The notes under the pieces were generated by a model that saw only the letters and a list, made by a program, of their open reading frames with translations, was not told the origin of the DNA and did not search any database. From Squalus acanthias (lineage: Eukaryota): 64,000 nucleotides of DNA. The stretch is taken from positions 21,454,001-21,518,000 of the forward strand of contig CM059433.1 in NCBI GenBank assembly GCA_030390025.1. The letters are read 5' to 3'. Both the position numbers and the translations under genes were made by a program. The first letter of the stretch is position 1, and each line of letters begins with the position of its first letter. Positions 53,223-64,000 of this stretch are shown piece after piece.

Positions 53223-54340
53223 GGGCTGGATTCCGTGGTGGGCCTTGTAATTGTTGATGGGATTACATGGTTGTGCACTTGTGTGCTTTAGCCAATGTTC
53301 GTGTAAAGTTTTTGTTAATGTGTTGTCAAGCCTTGAAATCTTTATTTTCAACACTTTGCCTTCTTGGACAGATTTGTGTGCACCTTTGGAAGTGTCTTAG
53401 TGAGTTCCAGTGAATGGTGAGACATAAATCCCCCGCCGCCCCCCCCCCCCCGCCGCCCCCGCCCAATGGTGATGAGTATAAAAGGAATGGCTTGGACATT
53501 GTAGGGATGCTTTACGGTACTGATGTGGGGTGGTGCCAACCTGGTGCATCATGTGGCAGCCAGGGTGTACAGTGTTAAGTGAAATGAATCTGGACATGGT
53601 GAGGCCCTCGCTGGTGTCACGGGCATCAGTGTGCACGGGTGATGATGCCCTGTGTCCAGTGCAGCATCAGTTGATTGCGGCGAAGGTTGGTGTGGATGTT
53701 GCTGCTGCTGGTGTGGATGTCGGTGCTGGTGTTGGGGCTGATCGTGTTGGGATTCTGAGGACCAAGGTGAGATTTTTTCAAGGGCACCGATGCTGATGGA
53801 ATAGATGGCAGGTGAAGTTAAGATGACAGAAGCAATCTGTCAATGGTGAGAGAAGTTGTTCCAATGAGGTGACACTGGATAGAGAGTTTGCTGCAAACAC
53901 TTGCTAACTGCATAAAGGTCAATCTGTCTTCCAAATGCAGTAAGCAACAGCTTCTAATGTTGGAAAGTGAAGACCTATGAAATGGGAGCTTTCATAGAAC
54001 ATTTGCAGCTGTCAGGTTAGTAAATCTTTCCCTGCTGACACAACACCCGACCTACTTACCTGATGTGATACCCGCTCTCCGGGAACCTCATTAAAAACCT
54101 GGTAAAATGGTAAGTACATGGGATAATGGTCCTCAACAACCTTTTAATAAGCTTTTAAGTATCTAAATTGGCTGACCCGCCACTTGGTGTCGGGTCTGTT
54201 CAGGGATGACAGACCCGACACCTGGGAAACTGGCAAGGAGGCGGGTTTACAGCGGGATGCCGACCCGCTGTCAGTCTTTGTGATTTTGACAGCGGACCCA
54301 CCTCCAAACCTGCACTCTGATCGCCGGTAAAATTCTGGCC
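53223..54340. mobile_element. Harbinger-like deletion derivative
   Basis: Ends gggctggatt ... aaaattctggcc; cccgcc/ggcggg subterminal repeats; left boundary uncertain. Confidence 0.6.
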
Positions 54341-54462
54341 AGAGATACTTGTTAGTAGCCCCAAAGTCAATGCTTAGTACTCTGAATTAATGGAATAAAA
54401 GGGTATAATCTCTTTCCTTGGCTGCCCTGGTACGGTCATTTCTACATTGCTTCCAGGTATAT

Positions 54463-54650
54463 AAAGAAAGACTTTCATTTCTGTAGCGCCTTTCACGACC
54501 ACTGGACGTCCCAAAGCGCTTTACAGCCAATGAAGTACCTTTTGAAGTGCAGTCACTGTTGTAATGTAAGAACCGCGGCAGCCAATTTGCGCACAGCAAG
54601 CTCCCACAAACAGCACAGTGATAATGACCAGATAATCTGTTTTTTGTTAT
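54463..54650 (-). mobile_element. DeuSINE 3' half
   Basis: Reverse complement of the tail seen at 2370-2470 and 37960-38090. Confidence 0.75.
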
Positions 54651-54659
54651 ATTGATTTT

Positions 54660-55007
54660 ATGTGGTATGCTACTCATGGCATTGACTCTGTTTCCCACCT
54701 CCTGCCATTTTCTTGCTGGGGTTCCTAAAGTGCTTCCTTCTATCTCCCCATCAGAGAAATTGGGCACCCTGTGCCCTGAAGAACTCCCTGCAGATATGTT
54801 TCAAAGCACAGTGATACTACCTTACCAACTACTCTAGCTGCCCCTTGTTGCCACGGTAGGCCTTTTAATCTTGCAGTACCAGGGATTCCTCAGCAAGGCA
54901 AGCTCCCAATCACAGGCATTTTCCATGCCATACGATCCCCGTGATTATGCTAATGATACCCCGGAGAAACGCACAGGATCGCGGCCCTCTGCTGCATAAT
55001 TCTGGCC
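54660..55007 (-). mobile_element. Harbinger-like end with Myb/SANT remnant
   Basis: Minus frame PNFSDGEIE..RKWQEVGNRVNAMSSIP; terminus ataattctggcc at 55007. Confidence 0.55.
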
Positions 55008-56178
55008 AAGTAGAAAATATAGACCGACATTTTTATATTCTTAAAATCTACAGCCTGTCAAGATAGTCACCTACAGTATTGACTACTTTTGAGGATTGGT
55101 CATTGTACCCTAGGAGCCAAATTCTGGTGACCAGGGAGGGTGTAGAGCAGGAAAACCATCCGTGGGTGGCGAGGTGGGTGGGGGGGTGGGGGGGCTGCAG
55201 GGGCAGAATTTGAAGCAGAATCCAGTTCTGTCACTTTCTGTCCCATTGTACAATCTGGCCTAAATTCTATTCGGTGAGTGGGGGCAAATCAAGAGAGTCT
55301 AATCCCCACCCCCCGCTACGTACAAACACTGGTTGTGGGTGTGTCTGGAGCACGTTGCAGGCTACCCCAGAAATACAGCCCATTGCGCTCTTTCTGGGCT
55401 CCGTGGGACCCACACCAGCTGAGAGCTGACAGAGGTCCTGCACTGAACCTTCCAAAATCCCCAGGAGGATCGCCGGCAAAGGTAATTGATCGCATAATGA
55501 AACGACTGTCTTAAATTACTGGCCTTTTCTCCCGATGGGGAATTCAGGAATAACTTTGGCAACTTGTCTTTGCCTCCTTATGGGCCTCTGGCTCTACCAT
55601 CAGAACACCATTGCGGTCAGTCAGTGCAGGTGCCTGTGTTGCACGTGTACGGACAATGCCACCCAATTATGGGGCGAACACCATCTCCACGATTTGGGGT
55701 GGGTCTATGGTTCAGGCTGCAGGTGACCAGGAGTCACATTCCACCGCAATTAAGCCAGCAGAGTGGGTCTCTTGGAATTACTGGGGCTATATCTTTCTAT
55801 TTCAGTGTTTATGGTGTGTTATGAAAAGTTATTCATGATACAGAGCTCCTCTTACGAATCTCTGGTGGTACATGTACAGTTTTGTATGTTATCATTGGTA
55901 TTACAATCAATCAAATTCAGTCTTACAGCTTAACAAATGTTTTAATTCATTTTTGGGACCTTCTTAATGAAAATTCGCAGTTACAGTTTTTAAATGAATT
56001 TTGGAGACAATATTATTAATTTGTTTTATTCTGTTGCAAATCGGGCAGTTTATAAATCAATTTTGGGTTACTGTCTAATGAGTAGAGATTTTTTTAACAG
56101 TTGAAAGCCTTTAATCTATCAATTTAATTAAGTGCGGTCTGCACAGAGCGGGATTAAAACGGAGTGTACTTAAACAGA

Positions 56179-57041
56179 GGGCTGGATTTTACCTGCCGAG
56201 ACGAGTTGGGGGCGGGACTGCTGCCTTCCGGGTTCTAGTCCCACCCCCAGCGACGTCCAACGCACAGACGCTAATTTCCCCTGATTGGTCTTGTTAAGCC
56301 CGCCCTGCGGGCTGGCTGGCCAATTAAGGGAAACCGATGTCAGATGACGTCAGTTGATGACGCTTCATCTGCCGGTTTTCTTAAAAGGACATGTACCATT
56401 TATTTTTGACAGATGATCTGTCAGTGTTGGACAGCATAGAGGTGCTGTCAAACACTGACAATCACTGTACAAAGGTGAGCCCTTGAACCTAGGCTCTCCA
56501 ATGACCATCTCTTAGGATAAAACAGACGGCAGCTGCAGGTGAGGTTACAGAAGTGATCTGTCACTTCTCAATGAGGTGAAGCCAGACAAACACTTCAAAG
56601 TTTGTCTCCTACAGAAAAATCTAAACACATTAAAAATGACTTTCCCAACATCTCCTTACCTCTGATACTCACCAGTGTCCCTTTGGATCCTTCACACCAC
56701 TTCTGCAGCTGTCATCTATAAACAAACATTACAACAGACCCACAGCATGCCTCACTTACCCTGGCGGGGTTACCGATGTCAGGGAAGCCCACAGCAGAAG
56801 TCTCAAAATGGGAAAAAGCCTCTTAACTGCCTGTTAACTACCTGTTAACAGGCAGTTAAGTGGCTATAATCCTCTTCCCGCCGCTAGGAGTCGGGTCCCT
56901 GTGCAAATCAGGGACCCGACTCCTGGGAAGATTGTTTGGAGGCGGGTTGGGACCAGGTTGGGCACCCGCTCCCATTCTTTTTGATTTTGCCAGCAGTCCC
57001 GCTTCCAAACCCACCACCTCAGGGCTGGTAAAATCCAGCCC
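56179..57041. mobile_element. Harbinger-like MITE, family B2
   Basis: Perfect TIR gggctggattttacc ... ggtaaaatccagccc; flanks AGA/ATA; collinear with 44683-45537. Confidence 0.9.
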
Positions 57042-59345
57042 ATAGTGTTTTATTTGGGAATTTGGAAAGAGTGGGAATTCGGAGAAGAGGAGGAAGGAGT
57101 TGCTGCTTTTTGCCTACACTACTTGTAGTGCTTTGTGGTATAGGTAGATATTTAATTTCAGTACCCATTACTTAATCTATATCTAGAGCTGGAGTCTGAG
57201 GTGCAGAGATTGTGGGGCATCAGGAATTGGAAGAGTTACCTGGACACTTTGATCCAGGAGGCAGTCACACCCCTTACATTAGGTAGTGGTACAGGTCTAG
57301 TTAGTGGTCAGGGACAGGAGGGTGTGACTGCAACTCAGGCAGGTAAGGGGACCCCAGGTGCAGTGCTGGAGGAGCCTCAGCCTTTGCCCCTGTCCAACAG
57401 GTATAAGGTTCTTGCTGCCTGTGTGGATGAGGGAAAAGCCTGCAGGATGGATGAGCAAGCTGACCATGGCACCAGGGTGCAGGAGGCCATTCAACTGGGG
57501 GGTGTGAAAGTGAATGTAGTTGTGGTAGGGGACAGTATAGTCAGGGGGATAGATATTGTTTTCTACAGCCGGGATCGAGAGTTCCGAAGGTTGTGTTGCC
57601 TGCCCGGTGCCAGGAGAACTTGGAGTGGGAGTGGGAGGATCCAGTTGTCGTGGTCCACATAGGAACCAATGACATAGGTAAAAGTAGGAATGAGGTTCTG
57701 CTGAGGGAGTTATGAGGAGCTAGGATCCAAATTAAAAAGCAGAACCTCAAAGGTAATAATCCCTGGATTGTTATCTGAGCCACGCGCAAATTGGCATAGG
57801 GACAAACAGATTAGAGGTTTAAATGCGTGGCTCAAAGAGTGATGTGGGAGGAAGGGGTTTCAGTTCATGGGGCACTGACACCAGTACTGGGGAAAGAGGG
57901 AGCTGTTCCGTTGGGACGGGCTCTCCTGGGACCAGTATCCTGTCGAACTGAATAACTAGGGCAGTAGACAGGGCTTTAAAGTAATGAAGGAGGAGTGGGA
58001 GGATTCAGGAAAGTGTAAATTTAAAAGGTGCGAGAGCAATGTAAAAGGTTCTGGAGCAGAGCAGAGTTTTGGGTAAAAATAAACAGAGTGGGTCAGGAAA
58101 GGACAGAGAGAGTAACAAAGGTACTAAAGCATCAGTGACTAAGGTGACATCAGGGAAAAATAGAAATAAGTCAAAGCTACAGGCTCTAAATCTGAATGCA
58201 CGAACCATTCGCAACAAAATAGATGAATTAATAGCGCAGATAGAAATGAATAGGTTTGATCTAATAGCCATTACGGAGACATGGTTGCAATGTGGCCAAG
58301 GTTGGGAACTAAATATTCCAGGATACTTAACTTTTAGAAGAGATAGGTAAAATGAAAAAGGAGGAGGGGTAGCCCTGATAATAAAGGATGGGATAAAGAC
58401 AGTAGAGAGAAAGAATTTTAGCTCCGAAAATCAAGAAATAGAATCAGTTTGGGTGGAGCTAAGAAACAGCAAAGGGCAGAAAACATTGGTGGGAGTTGTT
58501 TATAAGCCCCCAAACAGTAGTTGTAATGTAGGGCAGAGTATAAATCAAGAAATTAGAGGCGCATGTAACAAGGGTAATACAGTGATCATGGGGGACTTTA
58601 ATCTACATATAGACTGGGCAAACCAAATTTGCAGTAATTGTGTGGAGGACAAATTCATGGAATGTATGCAAGATAGTTTTCTGGATCAGTATGTTGAGGA
58701 ACCAACTAGAGAACAGGCTATTTTAGATCTAGTATTGTGCAATGAGAAAGGGTTAATTAATAACCTTGTAGTAAAGGGTCCTTTAGGGAAGAGTGACCAT
58801 AATATGATAGAATTTTATATTGAGTTTGAAATTGATTTAGTTAAATCCATAACTAGGGTCTTAAATCGAAACAAAGCAAACTATGTAGGTATGAGGGGCG
58901 AGTTGGCTAAGGTAGATTGGGAAATTACATTAAAAGATATGATGGTAGACAAGCAATGGCTAGCATTTAAAGAATTAATACATAATTTACAACAAATATA
59001 CATTCCTTTAAGGCACAAAAAACCCACAAGAAAAGTGGTCCAACCATGGCTAACAAGAGAAGTTAAAGATAGTATTAAATCAAATGAAGAGGCTTATAAT
59101 GCTGCCAAAAAGAGTAGTAAGCCTGAGGATTGGGAGGATTTTAGATTTCAGCAAAGGAGGAGCAAGAAATTGATAAAGAAAGGGAAAATAGAATATGAGA
59201 ATAAACTAGCGAGAGACATAAAAGCTTCTATAGGTATGTAAAAAGGAAAAGATTAGCGAAAGTAAATGTGGGTCCCTTACAGTTTGAGACAGGAGAAATT
59301 ATAATGGGGAATCAGGAAATCGCAGAGAAATTAAACAAATACTTT

Positions 59346-60097
59346 GGCCCTGACTTTCCAATCGAAGGCTTCCTGCGGGCGGATGCCTCCGATCAGAAAA
59401 AAATCTACGAACTTACCTGCTGGTTCCATAGATCCCGAGGCTTGCAATCCTGGGCCTCTCCTCTTCGAAATGCGTCGAGGCCCAGGTACCCCAGGGGCAC
59501 ATGCGGTTCGCAAGCGTCCCTGGGATCACTGGGCCAGGCGATCCAATGAAAGAAAAGAATCCCCCTTCATACTTTTCACAGTTCCGTAAGGACAGAACTG
59601 TCAAAAGTATGAATGGGGATCACATTTAAAAACACACTAAAACATTAAAAAAAAAATTATTACATAATTAAAATGAATTAAAATGCCATTTAATTAAATA
59701 TTTTAAACAAAAATTTTATTTTTTGAATTTTTTTTTTAATGTTTTTACGGGGCTAAAAATAAACTTACCTTTTTGAAGAGTATTTTTAATTTATAAATGA
59801 GTTATCAAATTTCATTTTTCTATTTTTTTAAACTCTTAAGCTGGTAAAATCAGGCCTTACGCATGCTTTTACCAGGCATAAGAATTTGACAGTCATTCAG
59901 CGGGTGGAAGTTGTCCCAAAAGTTCAACTCTCCACCTGCGGAGGCACTTTTCCCGGGCAGGCGGATGATCTGTCAGGAGAATTCTTGACAGATCGCAAGT
60001 GCCTGATTTCAGCGCATGAGCTTCGCATGCCTGAAACCGGCACTTGCGCGGCCCCTGCGGGCACGTACGCACCCATGGGGGTTGGAAAATCCTGCCC
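59346..60097. mobile_element. Harbinger-like MITE, family A, inserted in CR1 ORF2
   Basis: CR1 aaatacTTT|gtgtctgtc is split with TTT duplicated; TIR ggccctgacttt ... aaaatcctgccc. Confidence 0.9.
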
Positions 60098-61407
60098 TTT
60101 GTGTCTGTCTTCACGGAAGAAGACGCAAAAAACTTCCCGGAAATAGTGAAGAAGCAAGGGTCTAGTGAAAAAGAGGAACTGAAAGAAATTAGTGTCGGTA
60201 AAAAAACGTAGTGGAGAAATTAATGGGACTGAAAGTTGATAAACCCCCTGGACCTGATGGCCTACATCCTATGGTTTTGAAAGAGGTGGCTATAGAAATT
60301 ATGCATTGGTTGTCATTTTCAAAATTCCATAGATTCTAGAACGGTTCCCACAGATTGGAAGGTAGCAAATATAACCCCACTATTTAAGAAAGGCAGGGTG
60401 AGAGAAAATGGGGAACTACAGACCAGTTAGCCTGACATCAGTAGTAGGGAAAATGCTAGAATCTATTATTAAGGACCTGGTAACAGGGTACTTAGAAAAT
60501 AATAATAGGATTGGGTAGAGTCAACACGGATTTATGAAAGGGAAATCGTGTTTGACGAATCTGTTAGAGTTTTTTGAGGTTGTAACTCACAGAATAGATA
60601 AGGGGAAACCAGTGGATGTGGTGTATTTAGATTTTCAGAAGGCATTCAATAAGGTGCCACATAAGAGGTTATTAAACAAAATTAGAGCTCCTGGGATTGG
60701 TAGCAATATACTGTACAAGCATGGGTTGAGGATTGGTTAACGGACAGAAACCAGAGAGTAGGAATGAATAGGTCATTTTCGGGTTGGCAGGCTGTAACTA
60801 GTGGGGTACCGCAAGGATCAGTGCTTGGGCCTCAGCTATTCACAATCTATATCAATGATTTGGATGAGGGGACCAAATGTAATATATCCAAGTTTGCTGA
60901 TGATACAAAGCTGGGTGGGAATGTAAGTTGTGAGGAGGATGCAAAGAGGCTTCAAGGGGATATAGACAAGCTAAGTGAGTGGGCAAGAACATGACAAATG
61001 GAATATAATGTGGAGAAATGTGAAGTTATCCACTTTGGTAGGAAAAATAGAAAAGCAGAGTATTTTTCAAATGGTGAGAGATTGGGAAATGTTGGTGTTC
61101 AGAGGGACCTGGGTGTCCTTGTACAGGAATCACTGAAAGTTAACATGCAGGTACAGCAAGCAATTAGGAAAGCAAATGGTATGTTGGCCTTTATTACAAG
61201 AGGATTTAAGTATAAGAGTTAAGACGTCTTACTTCAATTATATAGGGCCCTGGTGAGACCACACCTGGAGTATTGTGTACAGTTTTGGTCTCCTTATCTA
61301 AAGAAGGATATACTTGCCATAGAGGGATTGCAACAAAGGTTCACCAGACTGGTTCCTGGGATGGGGGGATTGTCCTGTGAGGAGAGATTGAGTAGACTAG
61401 GCCTATA

Positions 61408-62105
61408 GGAGGAAAAATTCAGTTGATTTGCACCTCCCAATAGCGCCCTTAGGGCTCTAATGGGGTGCAAAGCAACTAGCGCCTGGGTGCGGTGCCGCTA
61501 ACACCTCCCGCGAAATTCAGCAGGTGGTTAGTGGCGACGGTAACCTTTAGCGGCCCGCGGTACTGCACCTCCGGCGATGACGTCATCGCCGTGTGCAGCG
61601 CCCCGCTTGTGCCACGGCCGCTATCTTTGGTAGCGCCCCCTGACTTACCGCCGGATGCGATGTCCGACAGGGTCAGGGGGTGTACGTGCGGCCGGGGTAG
61701 CGCAAATTAAAGGGGAGGTGCCGGGTGGCCATCTTTGTTGCTGGCCGCCTGCCAGCACCTGTCCTCGTTGCCATCCCCGGCCTACTGTGAAGCCCCCCTC
61801 TTGATTGCTGGGCTCTTTTGCCGGCACTCCGATCTCTGGTGGCCCAGCTGGGCCCGGGTTGTGCTGCACTAAGCCCCTCCCCTTTAATAAGGGGAGGAAG
61901 GCCTGCAGTACTGCGGCACATAGCGCCGTGATATTCAATCGCAGCGCCCCAAGAGAGAGGCGGGGCATTTCCAGTCACGCCCCGCCTCCCTCTTGGTGCG
62001 CTACCAGTGAATTTAGGCCACGGGGGCGCTAACTTTTTCGGGGTGCTACTTTTAGCGCCCCGGCGAAGTTAGCGCCCCAAAGGGGGTGCAACCCAATTTT
62101 GCCCC
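61408..62105. mobile_element. Harbinger-like MITE, family D, inserted in CR1 ORF2
   Basis: CR1 ggcctata|ttctctagag is split with TAT(A) duplicated; TIR ggaggaaaaatt ... aattttgcccc; inverted relative to 51684. Confidence 0.9.
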
Positions 62106-63059
62106 TATATTCTCTAGAGTTTAGAAGAATGAGAGGTGATCACATTGAAACATACAAAATTCTTACAGGACTTGACAGGGTAGATGGTGGGAGGATGTTT
62201 CCCCTGGCTGGGGAGTCTAGAACCAGTCTCAGAATAAGGGGAATAAAGGACTGAGATGAGGAGAAATTTCTTCACTCAGAGGGTGATGAATTCTCTACCC
62301 CAGAGGGCTGTGGAGGTTCAGTCATTGAGTATATTCAAGACAGAGATCGATAGATTTTTGGATATTAAAGGAATCAAGGGATATGGGGATAGTGCAGGAA
62401 AGTAGAGTTGAGGTAGAAGGTCAGCCATGATCTTATTGAATGGTGGAGCAGGCTCGAGGGGCCAAATGGCCTACTCCTGCTCCTATTTCTTATGTTCTTA
62501 TGTTCTTGAAGTGGTCATTTTATTGAGGATTGCTGAGTAGAAGTTGGGTCAGTAGTATTTCTCCATGTTGTGTTGTGCTAATTTAAAATGTTAGGTTTAC
62601 CTTTGTCTGGTCCACTGGGTGAGACCAGTGTTGTGGCCTCCCTGCATCCTCACTGTGCTGAAATTGAGATTTGTTGCCCAGCTTTCTACTGTAACTCATT
62701 CTTTCCCAGGAGCTCAAAACTGTTTGAACTCGCTGAGTTTTCTTTCTCTTAAAATGCAGAGGATTTTGGAGCTCAAATTTGGCATCGCCTGAGCACTGCT
62801 CATTTAATTGCCTCATCCTCTCTCTTCCTTTTATTCAAATTTGGTAGTCTCATGCACTCCTGTATTGTGGGCCTTGTCCTTCAGCTGGATTTCTTGATTT
62901 TTTTAAAAAGTGTAGTAGACAGATCTGCACAGTACTATTGCAGAATGTAAACTTGGATACATATCACTCTCAATTGATCAAAAATTAAATGATTTACAAC
63001 ATAAAAGTTAAAGATGATCTTTATAATCAGAGAAAAAGAAAAACGTATTTAAATAACAC

Positions 63060-63330
63060 CTATCACTTCTTTCAGCATACAAAACATACAATTAATTACT
63101 TTGAAGTGCAGTGACTATTGTTATATGAACAAACACAACCATATTGTGCACACCAAGATCCCAAAATAATCAATGAATGACAAATTGAATCTAGTCTTGC
63201 TGGTTTTGATTGAGGGAGTACTGTTGGCGAGGCCACCAGGTTGATTCTGCACTTTGATTCAAATCAGTCATTAACATCCACCTGAACATGCACATAGGGC
63301 CTTGGTTTAACATTTCATCCATGATTCTTC
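63060..63330 (-). mobile_element. Old DeuSINE
   Basis: tactttgaagtgcagtgact..ttgagggagta.tgttggc..taacatccacctga..ccttggtttaac. Confidence 0.55.
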
Positions 63331-64000
63331 CATGCAAAGAGTTACTGATCTTGGCCACGCTGCTGTAAGGAGGAACCAAGCAGAGGGCAGGCACTTTTCC
63401 ACTGATACAGTGTGAGAATGAGCTGGAGCTGCTGTAGCTCAGCTCCCAGTGGCTGGTGAAAGAGAAATATAGGCACACGTCTCAAGCCTCTTGATTCAAT
63501 CCATAACAAAAGGCTGCCGCTCCAGTTCACTTACCACAATAGGTTTCATAAGCTACTGTTGTTGAGGTGTTGCACCTTGCGGGGGGCCACGGGGAGGGTT
63601 GTGGGGGTGGGGGGGTTGGCGGTGATGGAATTGCTGTTGCATTCTAATACTGCATGACAGGTTGAAGGAACCTCTTCATCACTCACCAGCTTTAGATAAA
63701 TGTCGCCTCTACTAACTAAGAAGCTGCGTTGTCACTGGCGGAGAGACAACAGCATGGCATTCTCTTTTCCAAGTAAGCTAAAGACGTATGACAGCAGTTA
63801 GAAGATGAAGGGAGGGGTGCCTAAGGAAGGGAAACAGGTTCATCAAACCACTGTCGGTGAAGAAGTACAGTCATTTTGATCAGTATTTGCATGAAACATG
63901 TGCAATGTTCAGAACATGATCAGAAATGTAGGAAGAAGAGAGAAAAAAAAAACCTAAGGAGTTTGTTGGCTTTTACCAGTCATTGCTGAGCTGGAATCAG

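Larger units (their letters stand above)
57055..62507 (+). mobile_element. Near full-length decayed CR1 LINE (ORF1 SGNH esterase remnant; ORF2 APE and RT) interrupted by two MITEs
   Basis: ORF1 [78 protein letters not shown]; (tatgttct)n tail; many stops. 5' boundary approximate. Confidence 0.93.

Noticed and set aside
53397..53796. ORFs suggesting an intact Harbinger transposase
   Set aside because: No DDE motifs recognisable; low-complexity interior of a deletion derivative.

Overview
Vertebrate genomic DNA, very likely from a cartilaginous fish (shark-type CR1/HER1 LINEs, V-SINE and DeuSINE families). The window appears to be almost entirely intronic to a + strand CUB-and-Sushi gene. Only one host exon is recognisable (15028-15140, second half of a CUB domain, best match CSMD1). 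The rest is dense transposon debris: many CR1 LINEs (one near full length with ORF1 esterase, APE and RT remnants), L2 fragments, a young Vingi-like LINE 3' end, several SINE families, Penelope-like elements and about 20 non-autonomous DNA transposons with short GG-starting TIRs and 3-bp TSDs. Two of those DNA transposons retain Myb/SANT remnants, pointing to PIF/Harbinger. The most notable signals are: (i) three small fold-back Penelope-terminus insertions with TSDs that carry minimal hammerhead ribozyme motifs, one with a loop copied from adjacent genomic DNA; (ii) strong enrichment of perfect 5' splice sites in the Harbinger-like MITEs, including a positionally conserved outward-facing donor; (iii) TGACAG/CTGTCA palindromes shared across MITE families. 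Family names come from recalled motifs, not database searches, and boundaries of old elements are approximate.
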